Shown here: one piece after another, positions 14,390-28,808 of the stretch | Position numbering within the stretch: position 1 is the first letter of the stretch | How the letters are laid out: every line of letters starts with the position of its first letter | Assembly: GCF_009914755.1 (NCBI RefSeq) | Contig: NC_060936.1 | Source: the human T2T-CHM13v2.0 reference genome, Homo sapiens | Reading direction: 5' to 3' (one strand) | DNA length: 64,000 bases | Made by a program: the position numbers and the translations under genes | Notes under the pieces: generated by a model | Database searches by the model: none | The model's input: the letters and a program-made list of their open reading frames with translations, nothing else | Told to the model about the DNA's origin: nothing

Positions 14390-15520
14390 GTTTAATAACA
14401 CTGTTCTATATTATCCAAAGTATAATTTAACCAAACTTTGAATTCTTTGACATCAGTTTGCATTTTTAAATTCTAGAATGTTCATTTGATTCTGTTTTAC
14501 ACATTCCAGTTCTTTGGTGACATTAATCTTTTCAAATATTTGATCCATCTATTCTTTTCTGTTTTCTGTGACATATTAATGATAATTATTTTCTGTTAAG
14601 TCAAAAATATTAAAAAACTGTGGATATCCATCTATTTTCTGTTTTTTTACATTAATTATAAGCCATATTTTCTTGCCATGTCGACTATCTAGTAATTGTT
14701 GGCTGTGTGATGGACAGTGTTGAGATAATGTTAGTTTTCACCAAAAAATATTTTTATTTCTATTCTTTTTGAAAACTAGTAAGAGATTAATCATTCGAAT
14801 CCAAACAAATGGTAGGAGCTTAGGTGTATTAAGATTCACACTTCTTTTTTTAGTCCCTGTCTAGTACATGATTCTTCACATTGTCAGTTTGAACGTATGT
14901 TAGCTCTCCATTTTCTCAGCCCCGAAACATTAGGATATCTCAACTTGGATATTCAGAAGTTTCAGCCCATTTTCTCAACTATATGAACTTAAAAATACAT
15001 TAATGTTTGAAAAAAGTAATGAATTTTCAACAATTTTTTTATTGCTATAATTTATAAAACTATAGGAAATTTTACTTTGCCACTTAGAAGCTATTACTTT
15101 GACACCCTAGCCTCTGGTGGAGAACAGCGTTTAGAAAATATCTAACAGAAGAACAAGTCATTTGTTTGAATCCTCATAAGTTTCCAATGTGTCTCATCAA
15201 CAACTCATGATGGGTAAAGTTCTGTTGATTACTCTTTCATCCCACAGATTTTTTCTACCTGAGCAAGTTTGATTTTTAGTTCATGACAAGAATTTGCAAA
15301 TAAGCAAATAAACTGCCTCAGATTGTCAACTTACTTCAGAAAGTCCTTTTCTTCTGTAAAATTCCTGTTAATCTATTTTTTGTTGCTTTGACAGCACATG
15401 GGTATCTTAAAAATATGATTAATATTTTTAATCCAAGTTTTCCTAGTTGTTGAACTCTAAGCTTTGGCCTATCATGACTTATTTAACACCTTCTCAAAAG
15501 CAAGATCATTTTCTTAAGTT
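14390..15520 (-). mobile_element. Very old L1ME-like 5' region
   Basis: T-rich; motifs such as 'catttttaaattctagaatgttcatttgattct'. Confidence 0.4.
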
Positions 15521-16062
15521 TGATGTTAGGCAAAATTCTGGATATATTTTTACAGTGAAAGTAGTGGAAAGTCTAATGATTTGTTAGTAGTGTCATTTTG
15601 CATCTCATGTTTTGTAAAATGCAATTTTCAAAATGGCTCTTGTCAAAGAGACAGGTTATATAGATGGACAGATAAATAAATAAATAATATTTTGAAAAAT
15701 ATCTAGATATTTTATATGTTTGTGCTACTTCATCATCGATTAAAATTTCCAGAGCCAGTGTTTGAATTTCAGTTTGGTGTGAAAATTTCCTTTAATGTCA
15801 TGTTAAAATTGCTCCTATAGCCAGTGATAGTATCTTTTTTTGGAGAAATCAATAAATAATTAATTAATACATTTTATAAATATATTTTAGTAGGTAGAAT
15901 CAGTTTATTGGCTCATTTAACTTATTTATAACAAATATAAATATTTCTATTACTATGCTGTGTTTTATACTAAAATGATGGATTGAGGATAAAAACTCTC
16001 AACCTTCTGTAATTTTTGTAATAATTAAAATGTATATTTTGAAACAAGTTTTTATTTGTATG

Positions 16063-16400
16063 TCTTGGTTTGTTGGGGCTGCTACAACAAACTAACACAG
16101 ACAGGGTAGCTTATAAATAACAGAAATTTGTTTCTTACAGTTCTGTAGGCTGGAAGCCCTATTCCAGGATGTCAGCACTATTGGGTTCTGGTGAAGTCCT
16201 ATTTTCTGGTCAAAGATGGTTAACTACTTCCTGTACCCTCAAGTGACAGAAGGAGTGAGGGAACTCTCCAGGGTCCATTCATGGGGGCTCCATCATCAAG
16301 ATCTTATCACCGCCAAAGACCTCACCTCCTGATACTATCATACTAAAGATTAGGATTTCAGCATATGAATTTTGGGGATACACACGGCATTCAATATATA
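16063..16400 (-). mobile_element. MLT1A-like MaLR solo LTR
   Basis: 'tgtcttggtttgttggggctgctacaacaaa...acagttctgtaggctggaag...gattaggatttcagcatatgaattttgggg'. Confidence 0.8.
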
Positions 16401-17180
16401 TATAACAATATACAAATGAAATTGTAAAATAATAATTTAGGGAGTAGGTTAGAATACACAGAGGACTTCCTGGAGTATGAATTCTGTCATTATGATGTTA
16501 AATAAGTATAATGGTAAATAAAAATAGATAACTTGTGTATAGCCCTTAAAATATGCCAGAAATGATACAGTGTTTTCTATGTAAATGATGACATTTAATT
16601 CTTACAACACTCAAATATGGTAGAGATAATCATTGTGATGTTTTAAATATGAAGAAAATTTCACCTAACAAGTTTAAATAATTATTCAAAGACTAACAGC
16701 AAATGCAGGTGAGATAGTTGAAGTCTCTTGTAACTCTTATAAAATTGTTTTTGAAATATATATTTAATTTTTTTTCCTTTTTACTTTGGCATGGTTCAGT
16801 AATCTGAAGTCTCTGACTATAAGACTATGTTATTTTGATAACCGAGGCTGCATATCTCAGAATACTTTTCAACAGCATGAATTGGTCTGATTTCCCTTTT
16901 CTTTGTATATGCAGATGGAATAAAGAATTTAATGAATTTTAAAAATAGTATGAAAGATTAATAGATTAGATGTCTGGAAATATTGGGCTGGGTCAGCAAC
17001 CAGAGACCATATACCATGCAGTGTGATTTGTTTTAGAAAAATGATCATGTTATATGATCATGAGCATGTTAAAAATGATCATGAGCATATTATAAATCTA
17101 GTTTGGTAGTTGAAACACAATTCTATCTTTGGTAAACTATATAAATAATATTATATGCCATTTTACATATTTGTTATATA

Positions 17181-17230
17181 AATATTAGCATATATGAACA
17201 TATTAGCATATCTGAATATATTAGCATATT
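17181..17230. repeat. Short tandem repeat, ~18 bp unit (atattagcatat...) in about 3 copies
   Basis: Seen directly. Confidence 0.7.
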
Positions 17231-19459
17231 AATACATTTAAATTCTAGCCATACATATACATTATTTATTTATACTCTTTCAAAACCAAAAGGAAGATAA
17301 GTGTTATTATCTCTATTTTACAGAGTCACAATTAACACTTGCAAAAAGCTATAAATTAACTACTTTGAGAGAAATTCTTAGGAACGTTTCTCCATATAAG
17401 TCCAAACCTTACCTCAAATTGGTTTCAAGAAAAAAATCATCAAAGGGATCAAAGAAATCTTGATTAAATGGAACAGAAAAATAAGTATGTTGGCCACATC
17501 TACTTGTTAGAACTTCAGATCCTAGTCCTTTTATCAATCTAGCAGAAGAGAGAGTTTATCCTGTGAATCTTATGTTTTAATGGCAGGCCTGAAACCTCAT
17601 TCAATGTGACTAGTATTTCTTCTAATTTTGAAGGAAAAGCTAAGGAGGCAGAGAAAAAAGCAGAGATATCTTCCTACCCAGCTTTCAGTGAATCACAAAA
17701 TTAGTCTGAGTTTCCCAAACCTCTTTGGAAATCAGGATCACCTCCTGAACTTAATACATGCATATATAATGCATCTGTATATAAATAAATAGCCAAGATA
17801 CTTTAAAAGTAAATAAATATATGCATAAAAAATGACCAGCTGCCATCCTGAACCATAAAGTGGGGTGGAGGTTCAGAGACAGAGGAATAGATCTGGGGAA
17901 TAATGTTTTAAAAGTTTTCTAGCCGATCCTTCTAACCATATAAGTTTAAGAACATTAGCTGATATTTCACAGTGCAGAAAATAAATGGCAATAATGTGTT
18001 GAGTACATAAATCATTTATATCAGAATATTATGTCCTCTTAGCTTTCATTTCAGAACTGGCTGCCTCTTTAACCCTTCTCTCTATATACCTCTGTTTCTC
18101 TTTCAATCTCTCTCTTCAAGTACTTCCCTTCCTAATGTCTGTCTATTACTTTTAGGTCTGCTACCGTCAGACTAGTCACTTATGTTATGCTCACTCTTTC
18201 TATGTAAGATAGTAGTTTTCCAGTGGACTTAAGATGTTCAGAAATCATTAAAAACATTCTCTAGTCAGACACACAGATGCAATAACCAGGCAAAGCCTAT
18301 ACGTACAAAACAAGTGAGAGTCTAATGTTAATTAGTTCATAGTTTTTGTAGCATTGTATACGTTTTCCTTTTCTCTTACCTCAGATTTATCTTGCTCAGA
18401 TGTTGTCCCTCCTGACTTTCGTTATATCAGTATAACTTATTTGCAGGCTTATAAACTCAGTAAAATTCCAAGATAGTTATTTCTTTTGAGCGAAGAGAGA
18501 GACAGTGAGAGGAAAAAAAGAGACAGAGTAAGTATATGGCTAGAAAGGCATCTCTCTTATATTTTAAAGTTTTAGTGAATGATATTATTGCAGGGGCAGT
18601 AGGAATACTTTCTCTTGGTGCTGCATATATATTATTTGATCTGGTAGTAAATGTAAAATAGAGTCTTACGTAAACATACATGCAAGCTAACAGTTGAAGG
18701 TGGCAAATGAATTATAGAATACAAAACTAGTCCCTGGTAGCTTGACTGTCCTGTGTGTATAAAATTGCACACTATGTGAACAGAGCTTCTTTAAAAGACT
18801 TTTTCTGAATAATATTTCTAACAGTGTAAAGAAGCAGGACCTTGAAATGAACCTTTTCATTTTTGAAAGTGCATTTACTACTTTAAGATTCTGTCTGGAA
18901 TCCTCTGTGCATTTATACGCTGCCTCCTACTTATTGCCCTGTGTACCTGAGTTCTGACACAGTGGAACATGAGAAACCAGCTTATCCTCCAAAGCTCATT
19001 TCTGGCTGCTGATAGGGTACAGGTCAGTGCTAGTGCAGACTGCTGAATATTATAACTTTGTTACCTGTGTGCTGTGTACTGAAAATTTCACTCAAGTGAA
19101 ATGCAGTATTTTGGATCAATCAACTGACAAATGTTGATTAAACACTCATGATGAGTTAGCCATAGTAGGATACTAAAGTAGCAGGCAAGGGACAATGTCC
19201 TCAGGGAATTTAAAATTTAGTTAGCTGGTAAAATGTGTGAAAAATTGTACACTAATAATACTATAAATCATAGTAAAAAGTAAGCTAAAGATTAGAAGAT
19301 GACAGATGCAAAATATGCAGCAGACAAATGAGTACTATTTAGGATATATGACTATTGCCTACATATCAATAAGTAAAAGATAAAAAATCCACGTCAAAAT
19401 GCACAAAAGATATGAACAAGTAAGTTAGCCCTCAGGCAATAATTTGTAGACCTCTGAAT

Positions 19460-21950
19460 TAGAACACTATTGCAATAATCCTGGTAACACCAGTTATGGT
19501 GATCATAACAAAAGTTATGAGATAAGATTGGATATTTTATACATTTTGAAATCCAAGTCAAAGGAATTTGCTGACAAGTTTGATGTGGAATGAAGAGAAA
19601 GAGGTGTCAAAATGACTTAAAAAATTTAACCTAAGCACCTGAAGGTAAAGATTGCCACTCACTGAGCTGCAGAACACAAGGGAGGATCGCATTTGAAGAA
19701 GTAAATTAGAAATTCACATTTGAAGAAGTAAATTAAAAATTCAGATTGGGATATGTTAAGCTGTCTAAAATCCAAGTGAGGGAATAGTTGGGTAAGCAAA
19801 TCTGGAGCTCATGCTCTTGGTCTGGGATGGAGATATACTTTTGAGAGTCATCAGTATACAGACAGTATCAAAGCCATGAGACCTGATGAGATTGCAACAG
19901 AAAGAGCATGAAAAATAAAAGAGAAGAGGTTCAAGGACACATCCCTAAGGGACTCCAAGAAGATGAGGATGCAGCAGATGGGGCAGATGAAGAACAGCCT
20001 GTAAGTAGGAGTAGAACCGTGAACGAGTATATTCCAGAAGCCAAGTGAACAAATTGTTTCATGAGGTAGATGATGAACAATTGTATTAAATCCTTTAGGT
20101 GAAGCAAGGTGAGGGCTCCTAATAAACCACTGCCTGAATAATTCATGATTTATGACATTGAAACAGCAGTTTTCTAAGAAGGGATGGAAGAAGGAATGAT
20201 TGGTGTTGGCTGAAGAGCAAAAAGAGGAACTTAAATAATACAGGTGTGCATTTCTGGGAGTTTAATTTTTAAGAGGGATTTTAAAAAGGAGAATAGATGA
20301 GACAATGTGATTGGGATTAAATTACCTTTTCATTATGGAAGATGCTATCACATGTTTATATGCTGTTGAAATGATCTAGTAGAAAGGAAATAATTAATAT
20401 TAAAGAGGGCAAAATTTTTGAAGAAATAATTTTTAGCAAATAGGAGGAATGAGTTAAAAAATACACACATATGTAAAAGTTGATATTAAATAGTAGTGTG
20501 ATGGTTCACATGTGGTTACAGGAAATAAGCTGGAGTATAGATGCAGGTAGGTTGATAGGGGTATAGATGAAATTATAGATGATATCTCTTCTGATTGTGC
20601 TTATACTAGTAGTGAAATAGGAATTAAGCTTATTTTCCAAGAGTGGATTTGTTGGGACAGTTATTGGAGAAAGTATAAAATAGTTTTTAATGAGAGAGAT
20701 TGAATAATGATAATAGGGACAACAAAATGTAACAGAAATGTCAAGTAACACCTATATTTAATGGCCTGAGACCAATTAATATGTTTGTGCCTTTTGGGTT
20801 ATGTGCTTCTAAATCACATTTATTTGCTTAGGTGCAAAGAACAGAAAAAGAGTTGTAGTAATCCAGGGTTGGGCTTTATCCGGGAGGTATGACCAATGGA
20901 GAAAGTGCAAGAAATGTGGCGCTATGTGGATATGTTTTAGCAGTAGTTTTAATAATAGACCATAAACTACAGAGCACAACTAATGAGACAGAAAGGAGGA
21001 AGGCTAGAGTAGAAAAATTATTAGATAAAACGTTCATAGTTTTTAGATATAAAGAAAGTTGTTGAATTAAGGTTCTAGAGAGGATGCGCTGGATAAATCA
21101 GAAATTGTCAGAGAGAAGTTACTACCATTGATGTTATGTGAAGGGGTTTTAGTTGCTGGTAATAGAAGCGGTTAGCGTCTAATTATGGGAGTGTATGTTT
21201 AAAGTAGAGGTAGATCAGATCAGATGATCAAAGCAGAGAATGTTAAAAAACTAAAAGGCCGCATTTGAAGGATTGTTTATGAAATTATTAAAGTTACCAA
21301 GAATACTGACAGGAGAAATATGAGAGAGAATATGGAGATAAAACAAACGACGAATAAAAAAAGGATATATTTTATAGATAATTGCACAGAAGAAGAGTAG
21401 AGTTTGACAAAGCTACTGACATGGTTTTAAAATTGTTTTCTCCCATTTCTATTTGTAAATAGAGCAGAGATGAGAAATGGTCTGGAAGTAACAATGATAA
21501 ATACTTGCTGTACTTCCAAGCTTGGTAACTTGAAAGGTATGGACAGAGAAGTAGCATGTGAGAGAATTTCCAGGAAACCAGTGTGCTTAGAAAATGGTCA
21601 AGTTTCCATTAAAACTGGAAGGTGAAGAGAATGTTCAGAAAAGATAAGAATAAAGCGATTGGTAACCCTGTTTTAGGCGGAATAGTGGAAGAGTTTTAGG
21701 AATTGGTGAAGCACAAAAGAAAAGATGACACTAGGGATGCATGAAACCTTATAAGGATGGGATTCTAGATGATGAGAGATAACAAGAGGTCTTCGCCTTC
21801 CTTTGGGGACTGAAGTAAACAGAAATAAAAGGTATAATAGAGTTAATTTAGACAGATTCCAAGGCATCTCATGGTGATGAGGCTGTGGGCCATGACGGAG
21901 GAGGGAGGAATGCGAGTCTTGCCTGATGCACAGCTTTGGCATTGCCTATA
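19460..21950 (-). mobile_element. Long L2 LINE relic (separate L2 3' tip at ~19110-19250)
   Basis: Purine-rich antisense L2 motifs 'ggaatttgctgacaagtttgatgtgg', 'gagatatacttttgagagtcatcagtata', 'ccagaagccaagtgaa'. Confidence 0.7.
19690..19743. repeat. 27 bp tandem duplication
   Basis: catttgaagaagtaaatta(g/a)aaattca x2. Confidence 0.9.
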
Positions 21951-21958
21951 TCTCCTGT

Positions 21959-22444
21959 GCACTGGAAGTCCTGACTGGTGCAATCAGGCAAGATTAAGAA
22001 ATGAAGGACATTAAAATAGGAAGAGGACAAGTCAACCTATCCCTGTCTGCAGATGACATGATCCTATATCTAGAAAACCCCATCGTCTCAGCCCAAAAAC
22101 TTCTTAAGCTAATAAACAACTTCAGCAAAGTCTCAGGATACAAAATCAGTGTGGAAAATATCACTAGCATTCCTCTACACCAACAACAGTCAAGCCAAGA
22201 GCCAAATCAGGAATGAACTTTCATTCAAAATTGCCATAAAGAGAATAAAATACCTATGAATACAACTAACTAGGGAGGTGAAAGATCTCTACAAGCAGAA
22301 CTAATAAACACTGCTGAAATAAATCAGAGATGACACAAACAAATGGAAAAACATTCCATGCTTGTGGATAGGAAGAATCAACATCATTAAAATGGCCAAA
22401 CTGCCCAAAGCAATTTATAAATTCAATGCTCTTTCTATTAAACT
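21959..22444 (+). mobile_element. L1PA (older) ORF2 RT fragment without 3'UTR
   Basis: ORF 22001-22216 [15 protein letters not shown]...FSKVSGYKI. Confidence 0.85.
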
Positions 22445-23039
22445 GTAGTTTTCTAAAATTTAAAATAAAAAAATACCTGATAAACAACAAATATATCAAC
22501 AGATTTTATAGGGCAAGAGATTATTTTTCAAACAGATGGTAGACAATACCTTCTACTTTTCTTCATAGAAGATAGAGATCTGTCTATAGGTGTGGTGTTC
22601 TGAGACAATTCCAATATGACAATGTGTTGTGGCTGGAATAATTGACAGTCATTGAAAAGAAGCCATCCCAGGCACAATCTTAAGAGAAAATGCTAGGTTA
22701 TATTCTGGGTGCAATAAATGGACTAATGAGAAAAACAAATGACCATAATTGTATCAAGTGGAAGGATGGATCAAGCCAGCAGATCAAAATAAGAAGATAT
22801 TATAGGTGCCCAGAAAAGTGCACACTCTGCTTTGAGGAGCAAAGAACAGATGGTCAGTGGAGTAAGAGATGGTAGGAGAGCATTCTCAGAGAAATTAGTG
22901 TTCTTCATAGGGAATCAAGGTAAGGACTCAAATGCAAGATAAAAACAACAAACCAAAAATAAAACCTGATTGTGGAAAGAGAACACCAATTTAATTCAAA
23001 GAGAATGAGAGGAGTGGCTGCTTAATATTAATTTTTGAA

Positions 23040-23485
23040 TTCAGGCACTACCCTTAACTGGCTAACACACACTCTTGTTGGCCTACACAACATCCAAGTC
23101 TAAATACTTTCTTCTTTGCCTCTCTCCAGCAGTTGAGAGTGTCCGTGTGACACTTCTACATAAGAACTAAGGAGAATTTGTTGGGAGCGTCAGTAGAAAA
23201 TTTTACTTCATTTTCCTAATAATAGGGACCTTTTTTTGTTTTTTTGACTGATGTTGCCCCTTTCCCCTTCCTGCCTCAAATGCAAATACAATTCATGTCA
23301 CTGTAGCAGCTCTCTTGCAACTTAAGAAGGCTGAACGTATCATAGAGAACCTAGTGCTGATGTTGTTGTACAGCCTAGGCCAGGGCTATTTATTTCTTGC
23401 TATGAGAGAAAAATAAGCCCCGATTTGTTTAGCACATTATGATCAAGTTTTTGATACTTGCAACTGAAAGCATGTTTAACTGACA
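23040..23485 (+). mobile_element. LTR33-like (ERVL) solo LTR
   Basis: 'ccccttcctgcctcaaatgca...gcagctctcttgcaac...aaaataagcccc...acttgcaactgaaagcat...aactgaca'. Confidence 0.55.
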
Positions 23486-24689
23486 TGCTTTTTTTTCTAG
23501 CCTTGGGAAAGTTGTGTAAATGTCCAGAATCTCAATTTCTTCCAATTTTCTTGTTGTAACATTGAATGAGATAATAATTTTTTTCTTATTAAGTCCAGTG
23601 CTTAATGTAAAAGGTTCTTACTAAGTGGTATTCCTTATTATAGTCATTGTTAAAAACAAAGCTGTTAAAAAAGAAACCACTGAGAAGGCACATTTGAGGC
23701 TGGCTGAAGAAGATACTCCCTACACTGCTTCTACTTAGGAACAGAGGCTTTCCAAAAATCAGCAGCTGGACTAAGCCTAGAGGTAGGGGTTAAGTGGCTT
23801 AGCAATCAAGATTAGATGGATATAGAAACACATAGGCTAGTTAATAATTACTCATATTTTTGGCATGTAGTCAATACTACCCTATCAGTGGTGCACATGT
23901 GTCATAATATATACTGCATAGCATGTGTTACTCTCACCTGCTCTGGATTGACCCCATACTTATACCCAGAAGTACTGACCCTTGGCCAGTACTAGGAAAC
24001 CTATTAATTATGAAAATGGTGCTCTATGACCACAGGTTTCTTAGTTCCTCAATTTGCATTAGTCCATCAGCATTACTTAGTAATTTTAATTGAATTTATG
24101 GATTGCAACTTGTGTGGTAGAGCCTCTCCTGGGAAGTGGGTTGCAGAGTAGAGGGGTGTGTAGGTATGTGCTTGAGCCACCATAAGCAGGTAGATGTTGT
24201 TTTAATGGTTAAGAAATGTCACACAGTTAGAAAGTTAGAATGTGCCTACACCTGTGTGAACAGACCAGCTCACTCTAAGAGAACCCCCTGGAAGAAGAAG
24301 ACATTGAACTTTCTGGTAGTGACGTAGCTACAAGGTAGCAGTTTGAGAGCTTGACACAATCAATATGTTCTGTGCAACTTGACCAGTGGAGGTAGGAAAA
24401 AGAAGACTACACTGTAGTCATGTTGACTGCATTAAAAGTGAGGACCCATGGAATGCAGACTTTTCCTGCTCTTGCTATATCGTACCTGAGCCTATGATAA
24501 AGCTATTTCATGAGCATAAACTATTTGAGATCTGTGAACCCTTTCAACAATTGAATACTTAGGATGATTAATAGGTAAATCACATATATACTCATTCTTA
24601 AAATCTGTTATTTGAAGAATTCGGTCGTACTTGTAGTTTAAGTTACTAAAATACAAATAAAATAATCACTCATTTAATCATACCACCAA

Positions 24690-25205
24690 TACATTTTAAA
24701 GGTTCACCACATTCTTGCCTTTTTCAGGAGTAAAAGCTACCATGAATTTTGTAGTTTTTAAAAGCTTACTTTTCTCTACATTTGCTACATTTATATGCAA
24801 CCCAAAAATATCATTTAGATTTGTCTCTTTTTGAACTATGGTGAATGAAATCATAAAGCATGATTTTATTTTCTGACTTGCTGCTTTTTTTCTACTTAAT
24901 ACTATGTATTTGAGATCCATCCATTTTGTGTGCAGCTATCATTTATTTTTTCTAATGTTTTATAATGCATTGTAAAAATATACCACAACTTATCCATTCT
25001 CGTGTTGATTGACATTGGTTTATTTCTAATATTTTGTCATTATAAGCAGTGCCATAATTAATATTCTTGTATGCTCCTCATGGTTAGAAAGATGCAATTG
25101 TTCCTCTAAGTACATGCATAGAAGGGGGATTTCTGAGTTATAGAGTTTGCACATGTTCAACTTGAGTTTGTGCCATTAACCAAAGTTGTTGTACCAATTT
25201 GAAAT
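24690..25205 (-). mobile_element. L1ME-like 3' end
   Basis: 'gtatttgagatccatccattttgtg...ataccacaacttatccattct...gttgtaccaattt'. Confidence 0.65.
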
Positions 25206-25969
25206 CTTAGCATACAATATGATTTTTCCGTGAGGCATTTGTTGACCATTAAAATTAATATTTTAAGTTCTCAAAGAAATAAGTAACATATTTGTAGTGT
25301 AGTGCATCTTGAATGAGATATTGAGACTTCTAGGAAATCATATATTTGAGTACTTCTGGATTTTTATTTAAAATCACAAATTTATATTCTATAGGAATCA
25401 GTAAAATTTTAATTTGGGATATTTTATAATAAATATGAAATTTTTACATTATAATATTCCTCTGCTTCTTGAAAATTAGAAAATCATACATTTTTGTTTT
25501 ATAATGCATGATAGGAGATTGGAAACTGATGGAATGTTGTCAAAATGTCTACTTTATGCAAAGTTTGATGTTATAATAGCCATAGTAAGTGTGCTATTTG
25601 AGGGTGGCTGGTTGCTCTACATAAATGACATTGTCTTGTATGCAACATCTTATGACTTAAATATGCATTGTTGATCTTTATTAAAATGGATACCCAAGAA
25701 CCCACATAAATGTTATGTCTGAACAGTTATGATTTAATAATAAATACCAAATATACTTTCAGGAAAATAAAAGAATTAATCCTGGTAGTTCCCAAACGTA
25801 ATACTGGGAACCTCATGAGACCTCTCTGACCACCAGTCTCTTCAGTAAATTGTTAATCTTTTCATTGTATTACTGCAATGATTAAGAGAAGTAATATAAA
25901 AGAAAATTCTTCAAAAACTTCAAAGCCAATACATAAAACTGTCAGATACCCAATTCACTACTTTTATTG

Positions 25970-26490
25970 TAAGTCGAAGGTTCATTGGTGCAAGCAACAA
26001 GGGATGATTGGGATGATTTAGCCAGAAGCAAATGGTTATTTGAAAAAGAATTGGAAAACCCAGAGTAGATCTGTAAGGGGCCAAGAAGAACCAGAAGGAA
26101 AACTCAAAAGCATGGGGGAGAATCGGTTTAGTGACAGTCCCACTTCCCTTCCTGTACACTAGACACCCACATGGCATCTGGTGTGCCGAATGGAAAGATG
26201 GGTACCAAACAGTGGACATTGTTGCCGACACCGCCTACCTCTGCCCCTGGAAAAAGAGATATAGCTGCTGCCACTTCTGTGGGGGTCCCCTAATTCTTGC
26301 ATCACTAGATCCTAAATCAATATCTAGGGTAACTTTGGTGATTGACAAATTATAGTTCGAGTGTCTGCCTCATAACCAGAAGGGAGGATTAAAAAAGTAA
26401 GTATAATATCGGGAACAGCAGCTTAGGATTAGTGGGAGTTACATTAGTGGCTAGGTGGCCAAAGATAATAAATGATACCCACATGTTTTC
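25970..26490 (-). mobile_element. Old MLT1 (K/L/M-like) LTR
   Basis: 'ggttcattggtgcaagcaacaa...' start typical of antisense old MLT1; highly degenerate. Confidence 0.4.
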
Positions 26491-27299
26491 CTCAACCCCT
26501 AAGAAATGCTATTAAAGGTACAGAAAAGTTAAATGACCTACCTAAAAGTCACAGAATTACCAGAAGGTCAGACAAAAGAATTGAAAGCTGTGTGTGCCTT
26601 GACTTCAAAGAATACAACTATCAAACTATGCTAAATTGTTTCAATACAAACTAAGCCTGATACATCTAAGATTTTTTTTTTTTCTTGAATACCTGGGGAC
26701 CAAGGAATAAATTGGATCTTTTACAAGTTTACTGATGCCCAGGAATAGTTAATGATAAAGCTGTTAACTTAAAACAAATATGGTATTTTTTGGTTTAGTA
26801 TGAGTGAATGTCCGTACATATTAAACTGTGCACTGTGTTATAAATACCACATTCTGTCATAAATCAAAAGGGATAAAAACTGTACTATGAAGCGACTGTG
26901 CTGTTGGGATGCCAGCACAGATTTGTCCATTTAGGCAGCACTCAAATCTGTCTAGATTTCATTGACCTCTTTCCAAATGTAAAGTGCTGCATAAATTCTT
27001 AACAGTAACAAGTGACCTCAGTTGCTGTTGTCTAATGGCTTTCAGCTTTAAATGTTGACGATGTAAGTTCAGTTCATGAGAGACTAGTGCCTACACCATG
27101 GAAACCTCTAACACAATCAGTGCTAATTTGCAGTCTAAACAGAAAGGCCAAGGCTTAACTAAAGAGGCTAAATTTCCTTCTTCTTTCTATGACTATTCCT
27201 GCTAGCTTGGTATTACAAGCAAATTTTTAATATAGTCACTTCATACAAATTCATATTTAAGCATGAGACAAAGCAGGACAGATCCAATTTGCATGGAGA

Positions 27300-27530
27300 A
27301 GGCAGTGTTACATGTGAGAATGAGTTAATGGTTAAAAGTCAGAAGACCTAGGTTTGATCAGGACTGTTGCTTTTTCAGTTTTGCAACCTTAGACAAGTCA
27401 CTTAACCTTTGGGATCTTCAGTTACTTTTATCTGTAAAACATGAATAATAATACCTATTGCACAGATGTGTAATATCTCAAGAAAATGAAGGAGAAACGT
27501 GATGGCAAAGTACTATTCAGATACAGGTTA
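27300..27530 (+). mobile_element. MIR SINE
   Basis: 'agtcagaagacctaggttt...accttagacaagtcacttaacc...cttcagttactttatctgtaaaa...ataataataccta'. Confidence 0.75.
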
Positions 27531-27899
27531 TTCTCTCTTTTTTTTAAGTGTTATTGTTAACTGTTTCACCATACAATTTGGTAGTCATTACCTACAAGGA
27601 TTATGAAAATTTTAGGGAGTTAGCAAAACCTGTGTTGACTCAATCAACACAGAATATTGCTTTTTATTGGAGAAACTGCTGTGAGTCTTTTTCTCTATTA
27701 TTTAGTGGGAACTTATTGTTAACAAACAGTAAATAATATCAGGGCTGCTACCACTGGAGGGAGGGTGCTGTCTTTATTATTAGGTAGAGTTTTCAAACTG
27801 GTTTATGGTTTCAGCATTGCCTAAAACATAGTTTTTCAATTTAGTAGCATATGTTATCATTTTCACCTTACATTATATCTCAAATCCATTAATTTTCCC

Positions 27900-28808
27900 C
27901 TTGCTTCTACTCTTTCTCACTTTCAATACATTTTCTACTCATCTGCTTTTGAAGTTTTTTATAAAATAATAATATCATGTTTCTTTCCTATGTAAAATGG
28001 TGTAATGGTTTCTTTTTCTTTCTTTCTTTTTTTTTTTTTTTTTGAGACGGAATTTTGCTCTTGTCACCCAGGCTGGAGTACACGGTGCTATCTAGCTATC
28101 TCAGCTCACTACAACCTCTGCCTCCTGGGTTCAAGAGATTCTCCTGCCTCAGCCTCCTGAGTAGCTGGGATTACAGGCAGCTGCCACCACGTCCAGCTAA
28201 TTTTTGTATTTTTAGTAGAGACGGGCGTTTCATCATGTTGGCCAGGCTGGACTCGAACTCCTGAACTCCGGAGATCCACTTGCCTCAGCCTCCCAAAGTG
28301 CTGGGATTATAGGCGCGAGCCACTGTGCCTGGCCATGGTTTCTTACTGCATTTAAAATAAAGTACAAACTCCAAATGTACATAATCTGGCACTGGCTTCC
28401 TGCCACAATTTTATCTAATGCCATTCTTTTCTCTCTGACTTCGATGATAAAGATTTTCTTCATATCTTTGATCTGGCCAGCTCTTTGCTACCTTCAAAAC
28501 CTTTGTTGATACTGGCTGTACTGGAATACCCTTTGCTTTTCTTTGCTCAGTGATGAGACCTCAAATTTCATCTCAAGTTGAATGTCGGGTCTTTGGGGAG
28601 ACCTTTCCTGACCGTCCTATATAACTCTTTCCCCATTCTAATGTAAAGTATTTATTTTTGAACCTACTTTGTGTCTGCCTTTCCCACTAGAAATATGAGT
28701 TGCATGAGGGCAGGGGCCATGTCTAATAAGATCACCAATGTATCTCATGCTCTTAGAAAAAGGCTTGGTATATATTTGCTGCTCAATATTTATTTATAAA
28801 TGAGTAAC
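27900..28808 (+). mobile_element. L2 3' end, interrupted by an Alu
   Basis: 'cccactagaaatatgagttgcatgagggcaggggccatgtct...gctcaatatttatttataaatgag'. Confidence 0.7.
28015..28334 (-). mobile_element. AluS (Sq/Sp-like), full length
   Basis: Dimeric Alu with poly-T; 10 bp TSD atggtttctt at 28005-28014 and 28335-28344. Confidence 0.95.

Noticed and set aside
23880-24560. Possible old ERVL LTR (MER21/MER68/MER77-like)
   Set aside because: Only the 3' end resembles the family; too degenerate to call or bound
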